Positions 24,531-35,092 of a DNA stretch of 64,000 nucleotides are shown here, in pieces. Source of the DNA: Macrostomum hystrix (lineage: Eukaryota; Animalia; Platyhelminthes); the NCBI GenBank assembly GCA_950097015.1, contig CATNEN010000002.1, positions 2,480,001 to 2,544,000 on the forward strand, in the 5' to 3' direction. Position 1 is the stretch's first letter, and each line of letters opens with the position of its first letter. A program made the position numbers and the translations under genes. The notes under the pieces are model-generated. The model had not been told where the DNA came from. It saw only the letters and a program-made list of their open reading frames with translations, and ran no database searches.

Positions 24531-24924
24531 CGAGGAGTCAACAAAAGTTATCAAAGGGTCAGCATTATCATGAAAGATGACATCAAAGTTCGCCTACCCA
24601 CCTCAAGACCATACCTTGCCTGCTCTACCGGCCGCGAAGGATATTCTCGCTCCTCGCGCCTACCTCTCTCCTCTCAAAATGTACCAGAAGACGTTTTTGG
24701 TTCTTTTAAAACTTGTTCAACATCGCAGCTAAAAACCGACTTAAGCGCGGCCTGTTTATTAGTTTGTTTGTTTGTCCCTGATGGTCTCAATCTTTTGCAG
24801 ACAAAACTGCGCGTGTGTGCGCTGGTCGCTGTAGTGAGCCAGAGTGAGGAGCTCCTCCAGATCCGGGTCGTTTTGCAGCTCTGACAGCCACGCATCAAAG
24901 TCGATGCCTTCAGCAGACCTCCTT

Positions 24925-25275
24925 AGGGTCTCCAGTTGAACATTGTCCGCGTCGCGCCTGATAATATCCAGATCCGGGTACGGGTAGCCGGTAAAGATGC
25001 ATTTGAAATCCAAGTCGCCGGTGTCCGTCTTCGTGATGAATATCCTGCCGTTAATCCCCCAATCGTCGCCTTCGCCAGGTCGGGCTATGGGGTCGAGGTT
25101 AAACGTACTTTAGCTTGACTAACGCATTTAGGGATGTCAACTTAAGACTCCAGAATGGAGACCTATGGTCAATCATCGAACCAAATCAACTGAAATCAGC
25201 AGCTGGTTGATCCAGTTGACCCCTGAAATAAAGCGAACCCTAATTCTGAGCGATCCTGAGCACAAAGTACACAGA
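24925..25275 (-). pseudogene. Orphan fragment of a fourth paralogue (5' part of the RPGE Ig exon plus upstream intron)
   Basis: RPGEGDDWGINGRIFITKTDTGDLDFKCIFTGYPYPDLDIIRRDADNVQLET matches exon 7078-6838. The adjacent intron matches 7080-7300. The exon breaks off at about 24925. Confidence 0.85.
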
Positions 25276-25571
25276 TAATCAGTGCGGAGCCGCTCAGCTT
25301 GCAGGCTCCAGATCAGTCAGCGGAAGTTCACGTACAGGTAAGATGCCCGAGGATGGGACAGTCTGGCTGTGAGCAAAGTCCGCGTGAACTCGGGAATGAA
25401 CGGAAAGCTCGGTGGAGTGTCGGCCGGGAGGCAGAACCTCCACGCCCAGTCCGAGTCAGTTCGATCGATGTCTCGGTCGCCTTTGAAGTCGCTCGAGTTT
25501 TTGACGTGACCAAGAGTGATAGAACCGTTGGAGTTAGGGCCGCTGCTTGCCACGCTGCTTGGCCAGGTGGC

Positions 25572-25630
25572 AGGGCCCGGGTTAGGTTCAATGCCGGCGA
25601 GAGGCAAAAGCAAGCGGATCAGAGAAGCCG
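25572..25630 (-). other. 2A-like ribosome-skipping peptide motif in a retroelement relic
   Basis: SLIRLLLPLAGIEPNPGP: a hydrophobic run followed by xIExNPGP. Confidence 0.6.
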
Positions 25631-25774
25631 GCCGTCGCTGATCCGCGAACGAAAAAACACAGAAAGCCGAGGTTCCCGAGAGAGAAGGTAGTGGCCGTGC
25701 GGGCATTGAAGGAGGTTCTGCAGCTCTTGGCCACCTTGGTGGGTGGAACCGCGACAAAGACGCGGCTGCAGCTT

Positions 25775-26400
25775 GGTTCCTAAACAAGTAGGTCGTCGAG
25801 GTAGTCGATGACACCTGGCAGTCCACGAAGTACGGAGTCGTAAATCTCTGTAAAGTCCGAGTGGCATTCAAGTCCGCTTGAAAAGACTGAATGGTGTGAT
25901 GATATGGCAGTTATTTGGTATGTCCTTGTCAGCAAGTCCTCCTCAGGATTTAATGGTATGCACGTACCAGGTTTGCGGCTAAATATAGATAGTTGGATGG
26001 ATGTGTGGGTTCAGTGGCGCTTTTGAGAGCTCGATAGTCACCACAGGGCCCCACTTATCGTTGAGTTGATCGTCTGACTTCTTTGGTACCATGTGCAGTG
26101 GTGATACGCATGAACTTTTGGATGTAACCCGGCATCGGCAAGTTGCTGAAATTCGTCTTTGGCGATCGTCCATTTCTCTGGGCGTAGTTGACGTGCATTT
26201 GCGTTACTGATCGCTGATTAGTAGTGTCGATCCGTTGGATTGTGTCATGGTTAACCTTGTCTGACGGAGAGTGAACGACGTGCTGAGCGAGGTAACTGGT
26301 AGTTGGGTTGTGTGGAGTTGTGCTGCTTGGTCTAGCAGTTTTCTGTATCAAAATCCGTAATGTAATCGGAAGTCATAGCCGAGAATCGGACGAATGACGG
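25775..26400 (-). mobile_element. Gypsy RT relic (CsRn1/Mag-like motifs)
   Basis: Frameshifted KDEFQQLADAG, SPLHMVPKK, PCGDYRAL, VLRGLPGVIDYLDDLLV*. Confidence 0.75.
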
Positions 26401-28973
26401 AGACGATAAGGAAAGTCCAACGGAAGAATCGTCGCAGTCTAGGATGCCGACTGAGATTTCACAAAAAGCACTGGAATCTAGTGAAATATTTTCTGCTACC
26501 GTGAATTCTGTCGATATTCTGTTGCGCTTATGATGTTGTAGAGAGGCCTCACACGGCCGCAGCCAACTTAAACAGCCAGCCAACGAGCATCGGCATGGGC
26601 ATGCGTAATATTATTTGCGCATTATAACAAACATCGCAAAATTATATTATATTGGCACGAATTTGAGCTTAGAAAGATATTTTGTGATATTTCGCGGATT
26701 AAAAAATTCTTCTCGCTCTAAGAATAAAATAAAGCATTTTTTCGACTGCAGCAACAAGTGTTTTTCGATACAAAACTGAGGAAAGAATTTTCGCTGCCAG
26801 CGTTTTTAGATTCACAAATATAAGAAAATGCCTTAAGCAAAGGTATAAGCGTTTCTTTCATTATATATTTTAACTTTCTTTCAAGCATTCTTGCAAGCAC
26901 TATTCTGTTGAATTCAAAGCTAAATGAAAACTATTCGAGCATACTTGCTGTTAGCGTTTTTTATTTTCGAAACGAAAGAAACGTTTTTGAGCATTGCTAC
27001 AATCATTATTGAATTCAAGACAAGGAGAAATATTTTACTCATAGCTGATGCATGGCATAATTGTTTTTTAGAATTAGGCGTGTTTTTAAGCAGGAGAGTT
27101 AGGAATATTTTTTTATATTTCCAAAGTAATTTTTTTAAGAAAACACGAAACTAAAAAATAATAGAGCTAGATATCTATTGATAGCAGGCGTGATACATCA
27201 AGTAAATGGCAGAAGCATAAGTATTCGAGGGTGTTGCATAAACTATTGAGAGGGTTGCATGATCTATTGAAATATAGCTAAATTATCGAGACATTTTAAT
27301 GAATTATCAAAGGAGTAGCATGAGTTATATAGGGTTAGTGTGATTTATCAGAAGGGTAGCATTGGTTGACAGAGTGAAAACCTTTCGTAATAGCACAGAT
27401 TTATCTATGCGGCTACAAGCTCCCCATTGGCACCCGATAAGCTCCCCGAAAGCTCCCCATAGTTGCTAGTATCGTAACTATCTCCAATAATGACGTTTTC
27501 CCCAATTCTCCATCCTTTGGACAAGAATAGAATTCCTCAAATTTTTAATTTTATCCACACAAATAAGTAAAACAACACAAGAAAAAGGCTCAATAAAAAA
27601 CTGACGTGGTCATCACAATTTATTAAGTGTTTATGAACATAAAGTAAAGTTCTGTTATTAAACCATGACATTTAAAGACATGAACATATGTAACGACAGC
27701 GTCAAGTCGATGCAGCGCAGGCTGCAAAACCATCACATATCTATCTTAAACTACTTTCCTTTCCGGAATTTATTCGAAAAAAATCCCTGAAACGTTTTAT
27801 TACTTTTCCTTCATTCTATCGCTGATTTTGTCTATGGGCAATTTTTATATCTTTTTGGCAGCTCTCACCCGACTTAAAGACTATTTTCTCAGCAGTGTTT
27901 AGATGGAGCAAAATTCTTCCATTTTAAACCCACTGGTAGACTATAGCGCCGACTTCGTTGGAGACTACGATCCTAATCGCCTTTCGGCAGTAGATTTGGA
28001 AGAAATATAACGTGAAGGGTTGGATTTCTGGGACCCGTATGCTCTCCAGCAACTTCGAAAAGTCCGTGGCAATTCTGAGGCAGCATTGGATGAAATTCGC
28101 AATCTCAATCGGAGCACGAAGGCTCAAAACACTCTAAAAAGCAACAAGTGGGCCGTTCAAGCGTTCAACCGATGGCTTCAAGAGTCTGGCATCGAATGCA
28201 CTGTGCCTCTGCAAGACATGAACGACTCCGAAATCAATTCTCTGCTGTCAAGGTGCATACACAAAGTCACTCGTACGGACGGCTCAAAATATCCTGCCGG
28301 TACACTCGTATCTCTGATCGGTGGATTGGAGCAGACTGTCTCGGACGTGCGACGCGTCGACTTCTTTCGGTACGTGATCAGTATGACTGATGAGGAGAAG
28401 CTGTGGGATACCGTGCTCAGTGATGACACACCGAAGAAGTTGGTGAGAACTCTCTTTTATTTAAATGGGCTTCTTTTTGCCCTTCGAAATGGTGAAGAAC
28501 ACGCTGGTCTTACTACTGATCAGTTGTCAGTTGAGATTCGAAGCGGCAACAAGTGCCTGGTGTACAAGGAAGTACATTCCAAGAAAAGAAAGCTTCAAAT
28601 GGAGGCCTCGCAGGTCGAGTGAAGCCGAAGGAAGTAGTGCACTTCGAATCCACTGATCCTGGCAGGTGCCATCTCCGGCTATTTGAGGACTATATGAACA
28701 AGCGTCCGGTTGGAGCGAAACGCTTCTACTTGCAGTCCTGTGCGAACCCAGGTAGGTTGTTGGTTTTGCAACCGCCCCGTTGGTAAAAACACGTTTTTGA
28801 AGTTCATGGCCGAGATGTGCAAAGACGCTGGCATTGAAGGACGTTTCACTAACCATTGGCTCCGTGCGACGTGCTCCACTCGGCGTATCAAGCCAATGTT
28901 GAAGAGCAGCTGATTATGGAAAGAACTGGGCATCGGAGTTTCAGTGCGTTGCGTAACTACTAGAGGATTTGCG

Positions 28974-29207
28974 GCTCGCACCGGCGGGACACAATGCCTG
29001 TGTGGTATGAGTCAGACCAGGCCTACGGGCTAAGGTCTGCGATGCCTCACACCTGCAGTCGTTTTTTGAGCAGGCTTGGCAGGAAGGAGACCTGTGCCTC
29101 CGGGTGCAGGAATCCTCTCCACGTTGTCCCGTCAGCTGACCCATGGGTACACGTCCCGCGAGTGTTCAAGGCTGACCCTAGGGCAGCCGGACAGAATGGG
29201 CAACAGC
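28974..29207 (+). ncRNA. HDV-like (CPEB3-type) self-cleaving ribozyme at the LINE 5' end
   Basis: P1 GCTCGC(28974-79)/GCGAGT(29158-63) with G1.U; P2 GCTG-A-CCCAT(29135-44)/ATGGG-CAA-CAGC(29196-207); P3 GGG/CCC around L3 TACACGT; single G for P1.1 (29164); P4 hairpin 29165-29191; J4/2 CAGA (CNRA) with the catalytic C at 29192. Confidence 0.8.
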
Positions 29208-29262
29208 GCTGGATGACCCATCCAGGGCCTCCGGCCTAACTGGGTACCTCTAGCCCCGGCTG

Positions 29263-29411
29263 GAGGGAAAGGTGTCACCCTTTGACCTTAACAGGGTATG
29301 CGGCCAGTCCGCAGCGTTCGTGCACCTGTGCGTGATCAGGTACCTCTGGCTACGGCTCTGAGGGAAAGGTGTCACCCTTTGACCTTAACAGGGTATGCGG
29401 CCAGTCCGCAG
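29263..29411 (+). repeat. 52-bp exact direct repeat in the LINE 5' UTR (29263-29314, 29360-29411)
   Basis: Identical copies, each with small hairpins (AAAGG/CCTTT, TGCGG/CCGCA). Confidence 0.9.
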
Positions 29412-29607
29412 GCCTCGGCGCTGGCCAAATAGCGCCCTCTAATGTCCCAGTGTTGACCGTGCTGATGGACGCTTGACCAGGGAGTAGTCTGGCCTCCTAC
29501 GGTTCCTCCCGGTGGTCCTGGCATCCCACCCCGGGTTGTAACTTGGCTTTGGGATCGCGGCTGAGCGGGTTATTCCCGCCTGTGTCTACAGGAAGCCCCT
29601 CTCCTCA

Positions 29608-31128
29608 TTGCAGCTTCAAATGGCTTCCAGCCTTCCTACTGCTCCGGCCGAGGACACCATGGTGCCCGAGGCCATACACGCTGCGGCGCCCGGGCTAGCT
29701 GGCCCCGCGACCGCCACAAATGCCGCGCTGCCCAACTCGCGCGATGACCGGGGCGCTAAGCGCTCCACAACCTCTGGAGCGGCAAAGCGTCGTAGGCGCT
29801 TAATGGCCCACGGCAAGCCGGCTCCATCGACCGAGGACCGGGCCCAGGCCAGAGGGGCCGAAGGGGCTCTGCCTAGGGCGGGGGCTGGGGCGGGGGGCCT
29901 TGCGCCTCCTGCCCAGGCTCCTGCACGGGGCGGAGCCCACGACGCCCCGAGGCCAGGGTCGCGGGCCAAGGAGGTCCCGGCGCCCATCCGGACGGCGGCT
30001 CGGCCTGAAGGAGAAGCGGAGGCAGAGGGCCCTGTGCCCACCGCCGACGCTGATCCCGAGGGTGGGGTCGCCACCGGACAGGGCCCGGGACCACATGCCA
30101 CCTACGCCGCCATCGCACGTAGGCAACCTGCCGTTGTCATCACCGGCAGAGACGGAAAAAGGCTGAGCAGCGAACAGCTCAGCAACATTTGCCGCAACAT
30201 AGATGCTATACTGTGGCAACTTCAACTGAAGGGCGAGCCCCTGGCGGTCGGCGCAAGCGCTACCAGGGAATCGTGCTTCGTCGTCTGGCCCGGCGACGCG
30301 GAATCAGGGCGGTGGCTCCTTGAGTTGCTGCCCACGCAGAGCTGGGCGGCTGGCCTCGACTTCCTCCGGGAGAACGAGCCACCAAAGACCAAGCGACACC
30401 GCATTTTCGTCCCGGCGAAAAGTGTCGTCACCAGCGCTGAGGACCTCCGCATGGGCCTCATCGCGATGAACCGGGAGCTGCCGACAGCGGGCCTGATCGT
30501 GCACCGCACGATCCTGCGCCCCGATGGCACCGGGTTCACCGCCATTCTGGGCCTGTCCGAGCAATGGACACGCCGATACCCAGATGGCGCCAACATCTGC
30601 ATTGGTCTGTGGAAGACCAAAATCTTCGCCTTCGAGGCAGATAAAACTCGAGGTCAGACCGGGCCAACCACCGTACCGGCCACTGAAGGGTCCTCGGACC
30701 CCGAGGTTGGGACTGGGGGCAGGGCCCAGTCGTCTCGCCAAAAAAGGCCAGAGCGTGCCATCGCTGGCAGCTCTGAGCGTCGCCCCGCGCGCATCACAAA
30801 GCGCCGGGGCCTTCTCCAGCGGGCCTCCGAGGTGGTGCGAACCGCCAGGATGGCCCAGCTGCGCGCTGAGATGCGCGGTGGCCCACCGGGGCAGGCGCCG
30901 CAACCAAGGGCTACGGGGGAGGCCTCTAAGGTGCCCAGCTCCATCGAGCAGGGCCCTTCGAGCGCCCCTCCCACGGCCCAGGGTGCGGTGTCGGCACCGG
31001 TTGAGGGTGACTCTGGGCCTGGGCTCGGGGCCGGGGGTGGGGACTGGGCGGCTGACCCCGTCGAGTTCCCGCCTCTGGCTCGGGGCCGGGGCACGGAGGA
31101 GCTCCAGAGGCTCTCCAGAGGAGGCTGA
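29608..31128 (+). CDS. LINE ORF1 (gag-like; resembles DUF4780-type ORF1 of the LOA clade)
   Basis: 506-aa ORF with a low-complexity N-terminus and a KTKRHRIFVP..LIAMNRELPTAGLIVHR core. First ATG is at 29620. The domain call is from recall, not a search. Confidence 0.7.
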   Translation: MQLQMASSLPTAPAEDTMVPEAIHAAAPGLAGPATATNAALPNSRDDRGAKRSTTSGAAKRRRRLMAHGKPAPSTEDRAQARGAEGALPRAGAGAGGLAPPAQAPARGGAHDAPRPGSRAKEVPAPIRTAARPEGEAEAEGPVPTADADPEGGVATGQGPGPHATYAAIARRQPAVVITGRDGKRLSSEQLSNICRNIDAILWQLQLKGEPLAVGASATRESCFVVWPGDAESGRWLLELLPTQSWAAGLDFLRENEPPKTKRHRIFVPAKSVVTSAEDLRMGLIAMNRELPTAGLIVHRTILRPDGTGFTAILGLSEQWTRRYPDGANICIGLWKTKIFAFEADKTRGQTGPTTVPATEGSSDPEVGTGGRAQSSRQKRPERAIAGSSERRPARITKRRGLLQRASEVVRTARMAQLRAEMRGGPPGQAPQPRATGEASKVPSSIEQGPSSAPPTAQGAVSAPVEGDSGPGLGAGGGDWAADPVEFPPLARGRGTEELQRLSRGG

Positions 31129-33872
31129 AAATCTCGCACGACCCTGATGACAAAGAGGCCTATACTCGCGCCATCCATGAGTTTAAGGGCCGGGTCAGAA
31201 GGGCAAAAGCGGACAAGTGGCGACAATACTGCGAAGGGCTTGAGGGCTCGCGGCCCACGGCCCGCGTGGTAAAGGCGCTCACCAACGACCGCTTCTCCAA
31301 GCTCTCATCGATCAAAAAGCCAGACGGCTCGATCACGGAGCGCCCGGAGGAAACGCTCGAGCTTATGCTAGGGCATTTCTTCCCGAGTGTACCGGCGCAC
31401 TTTGGCCCAGACGACCACTCACGTGGAGGTCAGGGCCTGGCTCAGTCACTCGTCACGAATGACCGCATCGTTCGCGCGGCAAAGTCATTCAACCCTTTCA
31501 AAGCACCTGGGCCAGATGGTATTTATCCGGCCTTTTTGCATGAAGCGGTCAAAAATGGCCGCTTCCTCCATCTCCTCTGCAGACTTCTACGGGCCTGCAT
31601 CGTGCTGGGCTATGTACCAGCGCTGTGGCACGAAGCCCGGGTCGTCTTCATCCCGAAGCCCGCCAAAGGCGACTATCGCTCGGTCAAGTCCTATCGCCCG
31701 ATAAGCTTGACTTCCACCTGCCTCAAGCTCATGGAAAGACTGGTGCTCTGGCGCCTTCTTACTGTAGAGCTATGGCGGGTCCCGCTCTCCCCAAACCAGC
31801 ACGCCTTTCGGGCGGGCCGGTCCACGGAGAGCGCCCTCCACTGCATCGTGGAGACTCTCGAGAAGGCAGTGCTGGGCAGCGGTTTTGCCCTGGCTGTCTT
31901 CCTAGACATTGAGGGGGCCTTCGATAACGTTGTTTTCGAAGCTTTTGAGGAGGCCCTGGTTTCCAGGGCCACTCACCCCCACCTCGTTCGCTGGGTCATG
32001 TACATGATCCGGCATCGCCACGTGGTGGCCCACCTCGAAGGAAGGCTGCTCTCGGCACCTGTTCTAAAAGGAGGGCCCCAAGGCGGCGTCCTCACCCCAC
32101 TGCTGTGGAATCTCGTCATGGATGAGCTGCTGAAAAGCACTCGTCCTGACCCAGTCCTGAAGGTGGGATATGCCGACGATGTGACCGCCATCTGCGCGGG
32201 CCCCTCGGCGGAAACCACCAGGGACCTCATCCAGGGCTTTATCAACAGGGCGGTGCGCTGGGCGGACCAATGCGGGCTCCGACTCTCTGAGTCCAAGACC
32301 GTTGCGGTTATGTTTACCAGCAAACTGCTCTGGACCATTAAGCCTCTGACTCTCTATGGCAAGAATATTGCCATGGAAAAGCAGGTCCGGTGCCTTGGTC
32401 TCGTGCTAGACCATAGGCTTAACTGGACCCCACACATCACCACAAAGGCCAAGAGGGCCCTGGCCATACTGGCGCAAGTCAGGCGTGCCGTGGGCACCAC
32501 TTGGGGGCTAACCCCCAAGAACCTTTGGTGGATTTACACGGCGATCATTAGACCGTCCGTCGCTTACGCTGGCCTCATCTGGGCCAGCGCCATGGGCATC
32601 CAGAAAAACCTGGAGGCGCTTTATAGGGTGCAGGGCAGAGCCTGTCGTATGACGCTGGGCGCCCCACCCTCCACTCCCTTCGAAGGCATGAATGCTTTCC
32701 TCAACGCTACACCCATTGACATTTTCGTCAAGGGGGAAGCAGCAAAGTCCACCCGTCGTCTTCTTGATGCGGGTGTCTCCTTCCAGAATTCGCGAGCCTT
32801 CTCGAAGCGCTCCCTTCTGCCTCACTCTGACCTCTGCCTGAAAACTCTGGGCGAGTGCGGAGGGCTCACCATCCTTTCGGACGGGGCCCCGGCCACTTTA
32901 CTCCGGAGCCACAGGTACAAAGTCAGCATCTCCCCTCGTAATGAGGTAAAGGACTGCTGGGATGACCCGGCAGTCCACTGTTACACTGACGGCTCTCTGA
33001 TGAACGGTAAATCGGGATTCGGAGTGTGCGTCGCCTCGGGTGGTGAGGTCCTCTGGACCCACTCCCAATACTGTGGCAAGAGCTCTAGCGTTTTCCAAAA
33101 CGAAGTGCTCGCCATCAGCTTCTGTGCGGCTGAGCTGCGCCAGAGGCAGCTGGCTGGTCGGAGGATCTTTTTTCACTCCGACAGTCAAGCAGCCCTCAAG
33201 GCCCTCAGCCGCTGCACCTCTCGCTCCAGAACCACCTTGGACTGCAACACCCAGTTAAATGGGTTGGCGCAGTCTAACAAGGTGGAGCTGCTGTGAATCC
33301 CTGGGCATGCCGGGTTCACAGGGAACGAGATGGCGGACCAGCTTGCTAAGGCTGGAGCAGCCAGCTCCCTGATGGGCCCGGGCCCGGAGTCCCCGATCCC
33401 CATCTCAGTTGTCAACTCCAGCATCAACCGCTGGATGGAGACCCAGCACCGGAGGAGGTGGTCCAGCACCCTGAACTGTCGCCAGTCCAGGGCTGCGGTG
33501 CCAACCCCCTCTAGTAACCTGCGTAAGGCCTTACTCAGGCTTAACCGCAGAGACCTAAGAGCAGTCACTATGGCTCTTTCGGGACATGGCTGCTTCACCA
33601 GACACCGCTACCTTCAAGGCCACGTGCCTGAGGAAACGTGTCCCTTCTGCTGCTCCGGACGCGAAAATGCAGAGCATTTCATCTGCCACTGCCCGGCCTT
33701 CACCCGGGCTAGGCTAAAACATCTCGGGCCGGCACCGACTCTTGCCGAAGCCTGCTCGCCCGAGAACATCCCACAGCTCGCCCACTTCCTCCGGGATACC
33801 GGCCGAGCTGATTTCTTCCCAGCCTATGGCGAGGAAGATCGCGCGGCGGAATCGACCGACGGACCACCCTGA
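31110..33872 (+). pseudogene. LINE ORF2 remnant: RT, RNase H and zinc knuckle, no endonuclease; in-frame TGA at 33294
   Basis: KAPGPDGI, YRPISL, QHAFRAG, LDIEGAFD, GGPQGGVL, YADD; RNase H YTDGS..E..DSQAAL..LL*IPGH..GNEMAD (stop replaces W); CPFC..EHFICHC. Confidence 0.9.
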
Positions 33873-35092
33873 GCGGCACCGCCTCGCTGGAGGCTGTCTG
33901 GCTGCCAGGGGTTAGCGATATGGGCGGCTTCAGCCGCCTCCTCGCTGCGTCCGTCACGGAGGCTCCCTGCCGCTAAGTCTAAGTCAAGAGGATTTGCGAC
34001 ATTTAAATCCAGCATTGCAGTGCCATCATCGACGGGAAGCAGATGGCTACTATCACAAAACGGACTGGCCAAACGGTGAACTTCAATTTCAAAGACTGCA
34101 CAGTCACCATTCATAATTAGAAGAACAATTTCCTACGCTGCTTTGCACTCTGACGATTTCATTCCGATATGTCTGTTGTCAGTTTTTCTTTAAGTGTTTT
34201 ATTGTCTATGGTCCAAACTGTTTCGAATAAATCCCGCAACTGTTAGGATTTCAAGTAAAAAGGACCCGCAATACGACTGAGAGCCTTAGAAAGTGGTATA
34301 AAGTTTGTTTAATTGAGGCTCCAATTTATGTCAACAAAATAAATTATTCATGGCCTCATGATGGATTAATTAGTTAGAAGATGAGGGTATTTGAATCTGT
34401 AATATCGTACTCTTGCACACGTTTTAACGCGCAGTATTACGATAAAGTTCCTTATTGTCTCCATGACACGGCGGGCTATTGTAAGGGCCTGTTGTGTAAT
34501 GGGTGTTGTCCACCCACCCCTTTTCTCTCGCTGCTTACTCACCCACCCCTTAAGCGGTGTGGGGTTTTATATACCCGCGTGCCGTGCATTGGCTCGCGTG
34601 TCGCATCGGCTCAAGGTGGCGGGGTTAATTGTACTTGCATCGAAGATTTACCTGATCAGCTCTTAGCTGAGAAAGAGTTTCACATATTTTCACGATTTCA
34701 GTGCATCTTCAGTTCAGTAATGTATTTGTTTTAGTGCTGCAATAGGTCAGACATGATAGAATACTTTAGATGCTTAGTTTTTAATCCATTTTCACAAATG
34801 GACTAAACGGGGCGCAGACCAGTGCGCCTCCCTCAACAAGAGGGTTTAACTCGACTCCAGATATTCCTGATGCGCATGCCTTAGCTCCAGCCAATAGCGA
34901 CCAGCGAAGCACTCACTCTATTGGTTGTCGCCTCGCTCTCCACCTCAGCAGTGTGAACGGGTCCACTATAAGACCCGTTGCTATAAATATGGACACAAAA
35001 ATCTAGGCAAGTTTAGGCGGAGTTCTATCTTTTATCTTTGAGGATTTGTTAGACATTAATTAGAAATTACTTTCAACCAGCAGCGCAAAGCC

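Larger units (their letters stand above)
28974..33986 (+). mobile_element. LOA/R1-group non-LTR retrotransposon, 5'-complete, APE endonuclease deleted
   Basis: 12-bp TSD AGAGGATTTGCG (28962-28973 / 33987-33998). 3' tail CTAAGT x2. ORF1, RT (YADD), RNase H and CCHC motif are present. Confidence 0.92.
27903..34120 (+). mobile_element. Crypton/DUF3504-type YR gene YR3, decayed and split by the LINE (27903-28961 plus 33987-34120)
   Basis: NTLKSNKWAVQAFNRWL, TLFYLNGLLFALRNGEEH, PVGKN..MCKDAGIEGRFTNHWLRAT, TGHRSFSALRNY. The frame resumes after the LINE as KRICDI*IQHCSAIIDG..NFNFKDCTVTIHN. Stops and frameshifts are present. Confidence 0.88.

Noticed and set aside
22428-24884. Long ORFs of 708, 533 and 235 aa
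   Set aside because: They are translations of a stop-free 21-bp minisatellite, open on both strands, with no splice or start context.
29490-29572. Second HDV-like fold in the LINE 5' UTR (CGG-TTCCTC-CCG, GG, ATCCCA/TGGGAT)
   Set aside because: There is no good P1 partner starting with G, P2 relies on wobbles and a mismatch, and the position is internal.
29616-33957. Many overlapping antisense and alternative-frame ORFs within the LINE (and within the BEL element, 49418-54604)
   Set aside because: They are shadows of GC-rich coding sequence with no motifs.
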